A DNA stretch of 64,000 nt from Phoronis australis. Its lineage: Eukaryota > Animalia > Phoronida. Positions 26,001 to 38,896 of the stretch are shown here, one piece after another. The notes under the pieces were generated by a model. That model saw nothing but the letters and a program-made list of their open reading frames with translations, was not told where the DNA came from and searched no databases. A program made the translations under genes and the position numbers. Position 1 is the stretch's first letter. Every line of letters begins with the position of its first letter. The DNA lies in assembly GCA_002633005.1 (NCBI GenBank), contig NMRA01000321.1:244724-308723 (forward strand), written 5' to 3'.

Positions 26001-28708
26001 GTAAAGGTAACCCAATTTATAGTAATATGCGTGGATTTTTTTCCTGTTAACAAACTACAAACGTGTGGCTCCGTCGCCCGAGATTAGCATAACACCCACT
26101 ATCTTCGTCTATTTCCGTGATTCGAGCTTTGTCAGTTTGCCCTAGAATACATATGTACAGTGAACGTATTGATGTCACTCGAGCGTAAACCAATTTGTGA
26201 TTGTGTGTGGTTGTTCTTGATACTCATTATTGGTCCATTTTGTGAAATTTTCCAATACAGTTCTAATGCTTATCTATGTGTCTGCATAAGGCACCTAATG
26301 TGCAATTAGTACAATGTAATTGCACAGATTTTAAAGGATCGACCTTGCATTCCCCACTGCCGACTTGACGTCGATCTAAGACGGCGGGATGTCATTGAGA
26401 GTCGGCCTTAGAACGTGGTGAATTGTTCGTCTACGAGTTTCGTTAGGACTATCGTGTCAGTGCTGGTGCTTAATAGGATATACAAATCCCTGTTTTGGCG
26501 ATTTCAACCAATCACCGATCTGTCACCTGCTAATGCATCGGGTGAAGTCGAGTGATAAAAGCAGGATTGTACCAAAAACTCGTACTGCCTGTGTCTTACG
26601 TTGGATATTGTGGTTCTATGGTACTATGCTGTTATTTCACCACAGTTTCCGTGTAACTCGCCAATTACGAAGGTCACGCTTGCCCGTTTAACAGATTTTA
26701 AAAAGACGTTTTCAAATTTTGTTCGAAACTATTTGAGAGATTTCGAGGGTTAAAGATCATTATTTGGCTTCAAAGAACTGGATGGGAAAGTAGTTTTTGA
26801 TATTTATTTACAGGCCAATTAAGTAGTGAAATGGTAATGGCTGGAGGTTTATCCAAGTTTGGTAGAATTCTGCCGAAGTCAAGATCATTCGAAATTTATT
26901 GTGGGTCAGCTTTCTCTTAATATTCAAATTGTTTCTTTACAAAACATCCCGTTTGGCTTCAACTCCAGACGACAGCGATTTGCAAATGGATGCTAAATCC
27001 AGATAACAATCTAGCTCGTTCAAATATTTGCTAAAACTGAAATACTTCCGTATACTGGTACCAGAGAGCTGAGACCTAATCCAGTATGTTGGCTAGTTGT
27101 CATCGTATTTCTGAGAGTAAAAGGATCAATTTTTCACAAGATATTCAATTTCAGAACATTTGAGTACATTTAACTTGTTTTATATTTTATGGATGCGATG
27201 CTGAGACTAGATGATGATGAGTACCCAGTGGGTACCTATCTGTCGGACACTACACTTTGTATCGCTATAAATGCCCTGATATGACAACACCAGTAATCAT
27301 TTTTTCAGGAAGCCTATTATTTGTTGCCGACCCAACGATTGCATGCAGGGCGCCACCTTTTAACTTCCCAAGTACAAGTAAGAGCGTTTTTACTTGTTTC
27401 AATACCGCAGCAGAGAACTCAGATATACTGACATTGAGGTCGACATGAACGGCGTTAAGTCAAATTCATGTGCATTCCACGTTAAGTGGGACTGATGCAA
27501 AATAAAAACCTGAAGGTATTAAGGGGTAAGCAGTCTACAACAGATGGCACTGATGGATTCGCCATCTTGTAATAAATATATCGTCGAGCATTGTCTGATC
27601 TTTAACTCATCAAACTGGTGAGCTCGTAATTGTACTAGGCTGTTGTAACGCCATCACCATCGTTAAACTAACGCACGGGTAAGTTGAGCAGCGCGCGCCT
27701 CACTCCATTGGCTCATAAGGATTTTTATTAACGCATAGTGGTGCCTTCATCCGGCTCATAAAAATGGCGTCGCACTGACGCCGTATTTTGTCTTGAGTAA
27801 TAGGTACCGGGTATTGCATTTTGATTCTAACACAAGGCCAATGCAGAACAACTGGTCAAAAATAACCTGGGACAAGCCACAATGTTAGGGCCGTGGTGAA
27901 GCATTGTGAATGAAAATATTCAGATTTCAAATATGGGTTTGTGTGTTTGGTATGCAGGTAGCCGTTTAGACCAATCACTAACCGACGCGTGGCAGACAAA
28001 ATCACACACGTTAAGATGAGCCCCGCCCTCACGACATCGAAGCAAAAAGGACAGAGAATATTAACATGACCCATGAGTCCTCTAAAGTGGCTCATAGGTT
28101 AGAGTCCGTGTGAGTCACCATGCACTTACAGGCGCATTTTTGAAAAATGATCCTTGATATGTTAGAATTGACAAAATAAAGCACGTGTACCTTTGAATTT
28201 CCTCTTCTTAATGAGGTCCAAACTTAGTGCCTGAAATGCTTAACTTGTAAAAAAATGACTCGCCGCCGATGAACAATTATCAGCTCGTTGCAAATGTGAG
28301 GCGGGGGGGGATTTTCAAGAGATTCACAAAGCCATCTACTAACGCAAACCGACTTCAGATGTCAAGGATTACTTGGTGCTCCAGCTCCTTCATTTTAAAG
28401 TGCGTCGCCTTATCAGAATACCTACCTTGTACGAGAGACCTTAAAGGCGAAGGCAACTTTTTTCATATCATTTTGAGCTAAAATAAGGTTGGTTGGTTAT
28501 CCTAGACATATTTTCCACTTAATTACAGCTTTTCGTAATTTTGTTAATTACTCGTCCGCTACTCCGGAAGTGACGTTTTAGGAGGCAAGCATTTCGCGCC
28601 AATTTCTTTTCATATAGTCTGACTGTGAGACCTGCCGACTCAGTCATTGTTCTACCTCGGTTGTGTTAAGTTCCGTCGTCGTTTGCTTTCATTTACTAGT
28701 CAGTCAAC

Positions 28709-28785
28709 ATGCCACACTGTTGCTGCGTACCGGGATGTACTAATTATCGGCTCACGCGCGCTTTGGGAGTACCTTTGCATCGCTT
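28709..28785 (+). CDS. THAP zinc-finger N-terminus of Kolobok transposase (partial, runs into gap)
   Basis: MPHCCCVPGCTNYRLTRALGVPLHR matches the THAP signature MPxxCCVPGCxN...HRFP. Confidence 0.75.
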
Positions 28786-29206
28786 NNNNNNNNNNNNNNN
28801 NNNNNNNNNNNNNNNNNNNNNNNNNNNNNNNNNNNNNNNNNNNNNNNNNNNNNNNNNNNNNNNNNNNNNNNNNNNNNNNNNNNNNNNNNNNNNNNNNNNN
28901 NNNNNNNNNNNNNNNNNNNNNNNNNNNNNNNNNNNNNNNNNNNNNNNNNNNNNNNNNNNNNNNNNNNNNNNNNNNNNNNNNNNNNNNNNNNNNNNNNNNN
29001 NNNNNNNNNNNNNNNNNNNNNNNNNNNNNNNNNNNNNNNNNNNNNNNNNNNNNNNNNNNNNNNNNNNNNNNNNNNNNNNNNNNNNNNNNNNNNNNNNNNN
29101 NNNNNNNNNNNNNNNNNNNNNNNNNNNNNNNNNNNNNNNNNNNNNNNNNNNNNNNNNNNNNNNNNNNNNNNNNNNNNNNNNNNNNNNNNNNNNNNNNNNN
29201 NNNNNN

Positions 29207-29383
29207 CTCGTTTCTCTCAACAGCTGCCTGTGCCTGTGCGTACTCTGCCTCGTTATACTCGGGCTCAAACATGTACCCACCCACTGAATGTCCGTGAAAA
29301 AAATCCTCGTCACCACTGCTGTGAACAAGGTCTCCGTCACTCACACTACTGTCACTGTGATACGGGTCACCGAGTCCAGCCAT
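29207..29383 (-). CDS. KolX / P2X7-ballast-like protein N-terminus (partial, runs into gap)
   Basis: Acidic N-terminus with a GYMFEPEY motif, which I recognise from P2X7-C-terminal-like (KolX-type) proteins. Convergent with the THAP ORF inside the TIRs. Confidence 0.55.
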
Positions 29384-30058
29384 TTTCAGCTTACAACATT
29401 CTAAACAATCCCTAAATCCAACGTAGTTGAGTTCTCTGCTAACCTATGTTGCCGCAGAATACTCGCCCATGGAAAGTGGTGGCGACAATTGTTGAAAAAT
29501 AGCACAAAACAAAAGTAGAACAGAACAGATTCGCACGGTAAACTCAACGCAAAACCAAGTGGCGGGAAACGGTTGCCTCCTAAAACGTCACTTCTGGAGT
29601 AGCGGACGAGTAATTTATAAAATTACGAAAAGCTGTAATTAAGTGGAACATATGTCTACGATAACCAACCAACCTTATTTTAGCTCAAAATGACATTAAA
29701 AAGGCTGCCTTTGCCTTTAAACATTGGTCGCCAGCTAATAAATTTATTCAAGTCGGGTAACCCAGGCTGAAGTGTCATCTACACTGTACAGAAACAACGT
29801 TGAAAGTGAACCAGACTGTGACAATGTTTAGGTCCCACCGGCTCTACACACTCACCTCACGACCACTACGGAAGAATAACCTGCAGATGAGTGATGAATT
29901 AGTAAGATCTTAAAGTCTGTATATTGTGACATTGACATTTTGAGCGTCACAAAATCACCTTCTCTCAATGTAAAATTGTTAGGGAAATTAATAAGTACCG
30001 AAAACTGTCTAAGGTGGTAGAGTAAAAACTACATTGGATTCCATCATCTCTCACTAGT

Positions 30059-30150
30059 TCTGTAGACGTTCCAGGCACGTTCAAGCAAGAGCCCTCTTAC
30101 GTTCAAGCAAGAGCTCTCTTAAACGTACATGTACCTGGAACGCATGCAGA
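30059..30150. repeat. Small hairpin/MITE with internal 22-bp tandem duplication
   Basis: Arms TCTGTAGACGTTCCAGG / CCTGGAACGCATGCAGA. CGTTCAAGCAAGAGCnCTCTTA occurs twice. Confidence 0.6.
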
Positions 30151-32325
30151 AGAGTTTTCTCTGTTACTGGAGAAATCGTCAGCGCCCAAATTGCTTCACT
30201 GTCACCAGAGCATGTTGATGAGTTGTTTTTTTATGAAATAAGTAGTTCGTTGTTAAAAACCGGTTATAGTTTTGTTAAAATATACTGGTTCAGTTTAAAC
30301 AAAATACAGGACTTTTTGTTACTAATGTTGCTCGGCGTACCGGAAAGAAATTTCCCGAACTGAAGAGCTGCGTACCGAGCCGCACCGAAACAAGGGTAGT
30401 GAACGATTTTGATTCGTGGTAACATTTTTACACCGTGAACATTTTTTCTCTAACAATGCCACAGCTGAACTCACTGGAAAATATCGCTTTTAGTGAGACA
30501 ATCCGTGCCGTTGGTACACGTACATGTAGGATCGAGTGGTTTTAGTTATAATACGTGAATGTTATGAGCGAACCATAAAAAGTATGGTGTGCATTCGACA
30601 GCACCAATGATTCGGGAATGAAAGTGGAAGGCGATACATATAGCGGGAAGTTGCTTGATACACCATTGCAGTAACGAACTCAACCCTGTGCTGTGCATGT
30701 AACGTAGCATATAATTATTATTTTGTTTTTTACAGGTAATCTACGTAACAGAATCTCGCAATGCGGTATAGCACAATACGGTAAAGTGATATCATGCACT
30801 CATTACAAGGGAAATATTGCTAAAACTATTAAACCGTCTATGAATCCGGCTTACATCGCGAAAAATAAGTTGAGATCACGACCTCTTATGGTTAAGAATT
30901 CGGTCCCAATTTTTTCCTCAGTCAAACTGAAGATTATTTCAGGGCTCCAAAACAACTACCAGTCAGTTATTGCTTAGGGTCAGGTCCTACAATTTGGCTT
31001 GTCACGGCATGTTACTTTTTGCACCGAGTATGGTTTCAACTAAAAAACAAACCGTCAGTTCTTTGCAAACCCAAAAGTCACTTCTGATCTGAGAGACAAA
31101 GAATGGAAACCAGTTTTTTAGTAGTTTATGATATAAGTCGACGATTGGGTTCTTGGGCAGCACGATGGGTTATAGCCTCTTTAAGACATTTGCTGGTTAA
31201 AACTAAATTTCTCCTATACAGTCGTTCGAAAAGACTAATATCCATACTGATCACTTAACCCAACAAAGTCGAATTATTCCTCTCCGCAATAGACTCTTTT
31301 AAGTTGCCGCTAAAACACTCAGATAATTCATCCATCGGGAACTTTCATGTATAGAGTTCGCTTGTCCTTTCAACTACTGATTGAACGCTTTAATTTAATT
31401 TTTCAAATCTAACTGAACGTGGCTTCACGTTAAAAAGTGTGAATGGAATAGAATTGATATAATTACAACATTTAGCGCACCTCAAAAACAAGTAGACACT
31501 ATTCATGGAATGTTTTAATGGTGGATCCAGGATCTGGTAAGGGGTCATCCACTATTTTCTAAGAACAAAATCCTCGTAAGTCCACAATACGGCATGCTGG
31601 CAACGTTTTTGGGGTCCTCTCTTTGAAGGGGAGGGGTTACTGGTTTAGTAATTTTAACTACTGAACCAGTTAAAACTTCTGGAGTGATATGCTCATTGAA
31701 CGACCCACCCGTCATGTCGGCATACGTCATGATGAGATTCAGTAACACCGCAATCAAGAGGAGTATTCCATGGAGCCAGTTCGCCAATAAAATTGAATCA
31801 AATAAATACACAACAATTATCTATTATATAAAATGCATCGTTTGCACAAACTCCGTCTCCCTCGCTCCTCTACAGACCTTCGTTGTGCCTGTTTCGGCAC
31901 CGTCTTGGTCCCAAGTATTGCATCAGCCCCCTATTTGGATTCGAGGTGTTTTTTTTTCTTGCGGGCCGTTTTTTCCCAGACGCGGAGGAAGGGTGGTCAG
32001 TTTCGTACTGGCCTTGATGACGCCAGTCGGTCGGCTCAACGGCCTGGGTGACGTCACTCCGTCGACTTAATTTCACTCCCTCCGGCTTCTGTCCCGTATA
32101 TAATTCATCGGGCCTGTCGCAGCCAAAATGAATGACGCCTAATTATTTTTTTTACTCTTCCTTGAATAAACTGACTTATTTATCCGAGTGTTGAAAAAAT
32201 TGGGGTTCTTCAGTTATTCTGCTGCTAAAATTGCCATGCGCTCTTTGGGCGCCATTGCGTCAGTAACCTATTGGCCAATTTCCATGTTCTTCAATTGACT
32301 GTGAGGTTGCCTACATGTCATAACA

Positions 32326-32492
32326 CATAGGCGGATTTAGGGAGGTGGGGCAGCCCCCCCCGCCCTTGGCTGCCGCAAGCAAAAATGGAACAGCAACAGC
32401 GTGAAGCGTGAGGAAACATTGAGTAAGCAACTAGGACGCGGAGAAGGGGGTGCCTCAGGTCCCCGGCTTATGGTATCCTAGATCCGCCATTG
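32326..32492 (+). mobile_element. hAT-like MITE, 5-bp TSD TAACA
   Basis: TAACA|CATAGGCGGATTTAGG ... CTAGATCCGCCATTG|TAACA. Confidence 0.8.
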
Positions 32493-34214
32493 TAACAATC
32501 GGAGTGGTTTTATTTCATTACAAGTTTTTACTATTTTAATACCAGAAAACCCAATTTCAGAACAAACTCTCGGGTGATATCGCAAAATTTGAGGAAATGG
32601 CGAGTACGTGCGGGTATCAGGAGTATGCACTATTTTCAAATAGACTGACGACAGATTTTCCTTTGTTACACGGCGGGGAATTACGAAAAATAACGTTTAT
32701 TGGATTTTTGTACTTCTATGAACGGCTGTAAGGAGCAAGCTGAATGTCGGTTAAATTCCAAGATTCTGCATGCACGCCTGCAGGTTGTTAGCTCTAAGTT
32801 TCACGACGAGGTGACGAGCTGAACACCCTGGTTGTGTGAAATTCCGGTGTTTAACTGAGCTCTACACACGGCTACCTAGCTGCAGTGTGTGTCGACGATA
32901 GTCTTCATTCAGCTAGCTGGCTTTCTACCTCAGTATGTACATTTATGATGCAACTTTTGTAAATACATCTTCATGTATATAGTCTGTGTACTATACAATA
33001 TTTTAAATGCATTCTTAGTTTTCACTTTAAAAAAACATCTGATTACCGTACTTTGTGTTACGGCAGGGTTAAATGTTCTGGAAAGAAATTTGTACTGCCT
33101 GGGGTGAGAATCCCGCAGCCGCACACCTTACCTACTAAAATCTAACAGTGACAGAAATTCTGCGTGAAGCTTTGAACACTGTCTCTTCAAGAAGTCTTTT
33201 GCGATGAACACTCTGTTCACTCTTAGGTGTAGCTATTTCCCCTCGGCGTTTCCCACTAGCCGCTACCCGTGCGACAGAACGGGTAACGGCTAGTGACGTA
33301 CATATTTGCTGTTTTACTCGTGACGAAACGTTTGATCATAACATCGTTACTTTAACTCCGTGGCGAATATCCCCGTGTGTCCGTTGACGTGCTTTTTCGG
33401 CAGAACTGAGAACGGCAATTAGTGTCATGCTGTACCGAACATACATTTTTTTGAAAACCATGAAACCGTATATTGACAATTGACAGCTCCGCACCCTTTC
33501 GAAATGTCGATAAACAAACAAAAAATTTTACCCAGTAACGTGTTGTTTGTCGGGTAAAATGGCGGCTTGGAAACGAAGGTGTGTCAAGAATGCTGCGTTC
33601 TAATTGGTCGGTTAAGTCGTCACTCAAAATTCTGGCGATAGGTCATTTGCAAAACCGTTTGGTACGCAGAGCGCCGCATATGTGGCCCCGGCACTTGGTG
33701 TGTTCCAAACGGTGATTTTCACTGAAATTGTAACAAGTATCACAAAAGTAAAATGGTTGAAAGAAATTTGAGATTTTTTCCCGATTTCCATTTGCTAAAC
33801 ATGTTTTTGGAAACACGAAGCACTTATCGCTTGACTGTCATGTCAACATCTTATTGTTAAGAGACTGCTTAAGTGTTCGGGATTATTTGTCTTAAAAGTT
33901 GGAAGATCATTAAGAGTTTGACAATTTCAGTTCTTTAATTGTTGGAATGACAACCTTTCTGTCGAGTACATGTACATTTGCATAAATTTGGAAACAAGAC
34001 GGAATGCTAGAACTACAGAAATACAATTAACTTCGTAGTCATTTTATATGTCTAGCTTCTATAAATACCTCATAAAGGTATCAAAGCAATGCTCTGGATC
34101 CATGAATTACACTCAAATAGTCCTGTCATCCGCGGTGTAGGTCATTCCAGCAGCTTCTGATCGTTGGTATGGTTGTGACATTTCCAAAATGCATCCTGCT
34201 TTGCTTTTTTACAG

Positions 34215-34342
34215 AAATTACAACTCGTAATTTCGCATTCAACTGCAGCGCACAAGGTGAAGAGACCTTTAGTAATAAAATGCAAACCAAGGCAATTAGT
34301 CTGAAGGGCAAGGTTCTAACATTGTTGGACAAAGTGAAAAGG
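34215..34342 (+). CDS. Candidate helical-cytokine-like gene, exon encoding predicted helix A
   Basis: ttgcttttttacAG acceptor and perfect AGG|GTGAGT donor (phase 0). Reads ITTRNFAFNCSAQGEETFSNKMQTKAISLKGKVLTLLDKVKR. An in-frame ATG at 34169 and TATAAATA at 34060 give an alternative start. Confidence 0.5.
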
Positions 34343-34724
34343 GTGAGTTATCTACAAGACACCAAAACGTTCCCATCGGGAGGTTTTGAGCTCGGTGGGC
34401 TAACACAGTCAAGTTTTGAGATCGTAAGCTCGAATTTTAAGCCCACACCACAATGTTTGTTTGATTGTCACCAGTCGTCACTATAAAGGGGTTTAAAGAG
34501 GACGTTAAATTTTAAAATATTGAGACACTACGCACTTCCTTGTTCTGGTACCCCGTGCAGTCGTATGTTATCCAAAAATGCTAGATTATTCAAAATCTTG
34601 ATGTTCTATACTCCCACCCTTCAGTAACTCTGTCACACCGGCGCAGTTACACCGTGATGGACGACACTCGCTCGATGCAATGGGGATAATAGGGAACATA
34701 CCGTTATATATATACATGTATATA

Positions 34725-34727
34725 TAT

Positions 34728-34758
<31 letters not shown>

Positions 34759-34764
34759 TATTTA
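34725..34764. repeat. (TTTA)n microsatellite
   Basis: Directly visible. Confidence 0.9.
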
Positions 34765-35873
34765 TACCGTATTCGTGTGAGTGCAGACACCGTCATCCTC
34801 GTCCGCCCTTCTGTCCGGCGTCTGCTGTCGTATCTCCAAAACCTCTTGATAGGTGTTTGTTTTGGTATTCACGTCCCCATCAATGCTCGAATTGTATGAG
34901 CGAATCTTCGGACGGATTCGACTACCGGTGTGCCAGCTATGGTTGCAATTTTNNNNNNNNNNNNNNNNNNNNNNNNNNNNNNNNNNNNNNNNNNNNNNNN
35001 NNNNNNNNNNNNNNNNNNNNNNNNNNNNNNNNNNNNNNNNNNNNNNNNNNNNNNNNNNNNNNNNNNNNNNNNNNNNNNNNNNNNNNNNNNNNNNNNNNNN
35101 NNNNNNNNNNNNNNNNNNNNNNNNNNNNNNNNNNNNNNNNNNNNNNNNNNNNNNNNNNNNNNNNNNNNNNNNNNNNNNNNNNNNNNNNNNNNNNNNNNNN
35201 NNNNNNNNNNNNNNNNNNNNNNNNNNNNNNNNNNNNNNNNNNNNNNNNNNNNNNNNNNNNNNNNNNNNNNNNNNNNNNNNNNNNNNNNNNNNNNNNNNNN
35301 NNNNNNNNNNNNNNNNNNNNNNNNNNNNNNNNNNNNNNNNNNNNNNNNNNNNNNNNNNNNNNNNNNNNNNNNNNNNNNNNNNNNNNNNNNNNNNNNNNNN
35401 NNNNNNNNNNNNNNNNNNNNNNNNNNNNNNNNNNNNNNNNNNNNNNNNNNNNNNNNNNNNNNNNNNNNNNNNNNNNNNNNNNNNNNNNNNNNNNNNNNNN
35501 NNNNNNNNNNNNNNNNNNNNNNNNNNNNNNNNNNNNNNNNNNNNNNNNNNNNNNNNNNNNNNNNNNNNNNNNNNNNNNNNNNNNNNNNNNNNNNNNNNNN
35601 NNNNNNNNNNNNNNNNNNNNNNNNNNNNNNNNNNNNNNNNNNNNNNNNNNNNNNNNNNNNNNNNNNNNNNNNNNNNNNNCCCCCTGGAACCAGCATAGTT
35701 ATCATGTTTCTTCAGAGGTCTCGTTCATATCCGAGGGGAAAGATGCCTGTGCGGCCTTCTGAGAGGGTAACGTTTCGCCGAGTGACGGGTCAGTGAAAAA
35801 TCTACTGACCTCCCGATCACCATCAATAGCACCCTGTTTCAAGCTCTCATAGCTCTGTCTCAAGTAGCATTTT

Positions 35874-36175
35874 CAGTGGCTGATCTAGGATACCATGAGG
35901 GGGGCCCGTCGGACATCCTCGGGGAAGCGGGCAAAGCGCGATTGTACATGTATGCACGCAGGCGGCCCGGAAGTTGCGGGCGCCGAGGATGTATACCTTC
36001 TGCTAAGGAAATCTGCAGTTGGACTAAAAAAACGGAACGTGTTTCCCCCCTCGTCCACTACCGGTCCTAGCTCGAGCTCAGTATAGTCAGGCAGTCCTTC
36101 ACGTTTTGCTGGTTTATTTTGCTCGCGGCAGTCAAGGGGGGGGGCAGTGGCCCGCCTCCCCTAAATCCGCCTATG
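35874..36175 (-). mobile_element. hAT-like MITE, same family as 32326-32492
   Basis: CAGTGGCTGATCTAGG ... CTAAATCCGCCTATG. Flanks ATTTT/AGTTT. Confidence 0.75.
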
Positions 36176-37974
36176 AGTTTGTAATTTTTCAAATTGTCAC
36201 CTCTGTGGTCATAGGTGATTTGAACCGTTGGAGAGAAATTTTCAACCACTAAGGGAAGTTTTAGACCTCGTGGGACCGGGAATTTCGCGTGATTTTTCAG
36301 TATTTTTGAGAGGAGAATAGGGCCGATATTTGGCCCCAAAATTGAGGGATTGAGGGCCCTGTCCTTTTTATAAAGAAAAATGCATCTCGCTTCAACCCAT
36401 AGTCATGACTGGAAACACAGCCTGGCTGGCCGAAGATTCCTTGCTATGGCATCCGAGATGCGATAAATTTGGATTAGAAAACAGTTATAAATTTTACACG
36501 GACATATTTTCCTTCGTCGCGGCGTATATGGCAAGGACCCAACGCTTCCGAATCCCAACGTCCTTAGGGATTGTAAAACAGACAGTTGAGTGTCCGTATT
36601 TTTTCTAGTTGTTCGAGCAACGCGGTGTACAACTACGCGGATAAGCCACCTGAGCTATCGTAGCGAGACTTGTTTTGGAACGCGCTTCCTGTCGGCGTGA
36701 ATAGGGTCTATAGTGCTCTTCCCGGCCTTGAACCTTTTCTATTCAAACCTCAGTACGTGCTAAGCACAGTTGGCGTTACCTGTTTCTAGTACACTTTGTG
36801 AAATTTGTTACGCTACCCACCGTCAAAACTGTAGGAAATCTCCAGGGGGTGATTCCGATAAACTCTACCCCATAGTGTCTTCCTAGAAATTACTCATGAC
36901 ACATTCGCACACAACTTTGACGTGATTTATCATGCATCCCATGAAGATTGTTGGTAACTGATCACAATTTTGGTTTGTGAGATAAAATAAAAAGATTTTA
37001 AAGTTTTGAGAACTTAATTTGCTTTCGACGAGATACGAGGCCGTATTACTTGGGACGAAATCAAACGCCGAGCAATAGGCTACAGTTTTTCCCAGGTTGG
37101 ATTAGTGAACATGCATTGACTATCGCCACAGGAAAGACAAGTGTTTCAAATGATTTGTAAAACATATTGGAAATGAACGGTGTTTAGTACGTGGATACAA
37201 AACAACTGAACCAGAAGACACACGCACAAGTGTTTGCGCGGAGAAGATATAATCCCGAAATATTGCATGAAGACCAGTGTTCGAGTTCTAATCTTTTCAC
37301 TCGAAGTCAAAGTTGAAAATAGTCTGGAAAAAAATCCTTTCTCCTCAGTAAAACGAACACAAGATAAATACAAATTAATCTGCGTTTAGTATATTACTGT
37401 TTACGCACCAAAGTGGTGTTTGACGACCACTAAATTTGAGAAACGTGAAACTCGAATGAAAGCTTGAAATTTCAAGTAAAAACTCGAAATTTTGACTTAA
37501 GACTCGAATTTATATCTTTGATACTGGGGTCATCATATGCAAAATAGAGTTACCCAGTCATCCACGTCAACAGTAATAGACTCGAGCACAAAATAATAGA
37601 GATTTATCTTTAGTTCGTGATAAAATACAATGGTAAAATAATAGACCCCGGGCGCAGCAAGGTAGTTGCGCAGACTGTTCAATTACCGAAAACCATCAAA
37701 ATGTGAGGACGCATTATGCCACATAGGTCTGCGTACACGTGGTTAGCATAACCTGTAAATGAGCCGTTGAAGCAATCTCCCGTATGAGAACTCAGAGTCC
37801 TGGGTAGAGATCAATAACGAGGGAACCTAAGCTAGGACCTCGTTAAGATCTAGCCAAAATCTAGTTTTCTAATTTAAAATACAAGGTAATATTTCACGTA
37901 ATCTCGCGAAATCTTGCTTTAGCGAGGTCCTATCCTTACTGAACTCTACCCTGCATCGGCGCTCTCGTCTGCAG

Positions 37975-38112
37975 TGCGCACAGGAACGAATTGGCGAACG
38001 AAAGGGAAAATGAAGCTTCGAATCAGCAATCATGCCAACTAGAACTTTCCACTACTTGATGTTGTCTTTGTTGCCGAATAAGCGCTGCATTAATCTAGAT
38101 TTCGAGTGCAAG
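37975..38112 (+). CDS. Candidate cytokine-like gene, middle exon (contains in-frame TGA at 38011)
   Basis: ctctcgtctgcAG acceptor, 138 bp, phase 0/0, weak donor AAG|GTGGTG. Reads CAQERIGERKGK*SFESAIMPTRTFHYLMLSLLPNKRCINLDFECK. Confidence 0.4.
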
Positions 38113-38312
38113 GTGGTGTCCGTGTTTAGACTTAATTTAGATGCCCGCGGAGGAGAAGCACTGCGTAGAACACGTGTTTTTAACGGGACCATAGACGGCG
38201 CTCTAATTATAATAACCATAAGTTTGGAGACATATCCATGTTTTGAAAAATTATATTGTATTAGAACACGCTGTACAGCCAGATGTCTGAGCTAAATTCT
38301 TATTTCCTTCAG

Positions 38313-38648
38313 CTTGGTGAAATCTACAACAACATGTCGACGTTTGGTGTTGAAATGAAACATCTGTGGGATGCTGAATCAAGTTACCGGGATGGAGAAG
38401 GAGAGCACATAAAAAATGAATTGTGTCAACTGATGGTGAAAATAAGAGGAATGTTGTGTTTAATCAAAGCCAACAGTGCCAGTGAACCAGAGTCGTTTTC
38501 TTCGTATTATGAAGAACCTACGAGCACCAATGGACTTACGATATGCACTTACAGCAAACTGAAAATTTTTCTTTCTTATATTAACGTGTTAATCAAAACG
38601 TTGTCGAAAAGGAATTGGCAGCAAACGTTAGGCAGCGAACTCGGTTAA
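38313..38648 (+). CDS. Candidate cytokine-like gene, terminal exon (predicted helices B-D)
   Basis: tcttatttccttcAG acceptor, 111 codons to TAA, AATAAA at 38952. Amphipathic segments LGEIYNNMSTFGVEMKHLWDAE, IKNELCQLMVKIRGMLCLIK, TYSKLKIFLSYINVLIKTL. Confidence 0.62.
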   Translation, partial: LGEIYNNMSTFGVEMKHLWDAESSYRDGEGEHIKNELCQLMVKIRGMLCLIKANSASEPESFSSYYEEPTSTNGLTICTYSKLKIFLSYINVLIKTLSKRNWQQTLGSELG

Positions 38649-38857
38649 GATTAACGGCTCAGTGAAAATGTTAACTGCTTACTGGAAATGTATTCGATTT
38701 TTAGTATGTGTTGTTGCTCTCGTTGCGTACAAAATTGATGACAGACAATCACTCTTAGCTGCCGTTCTTCTGTCCTGTGTCTCGAGCTAACCACAACCTT
38801 AACTGCTGCCTCTTAATATGTCATTGCACCCTGTTAACTGAACATTTCAGAAATTGC

Positions 38858-38896
38858 GTGTGTGTGTGTGTGTGTGTGCGCGCGCGCGTGTGTGTG
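38858..38896. repeat. (TG)n(CG)n microsatellite
   Basis: Directly visible. Confidence 0.9.

Larger units (their letters stand above)
28445..29716. mobile_element. Kolobok-superfamily DNA transposon (interior in assembly gap)
   Basis: TTAA TSD (28441-28444, 29717-29720), AGG...CCT termini, ~144-bp TIRs (28445-28588 / 29573-29716), convergent THAP and KolX-like ORFs. Confidence 0.85.

Noticed and set aside
26760-27500. Minus-strand stretches with splice-like signals and helical-looking translations (possible decayed paralog of the cytokine candidate)
   Set aside because: Multiple stops and no alignable motif, so it cannot be supported by eye.
31545-32076. Cluster of short ORFs including a hydrophobic minus-strand segment, considered as a signal-peptide exon
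   Set aside because: Wrong strand or phase for the downstream exons, with no consistent splice model.
34680-35796. Long ORFs (278-360 aa) in the ORF track
   Set aside because: Made almost entirely of N-gap X residues plus microsatellite.
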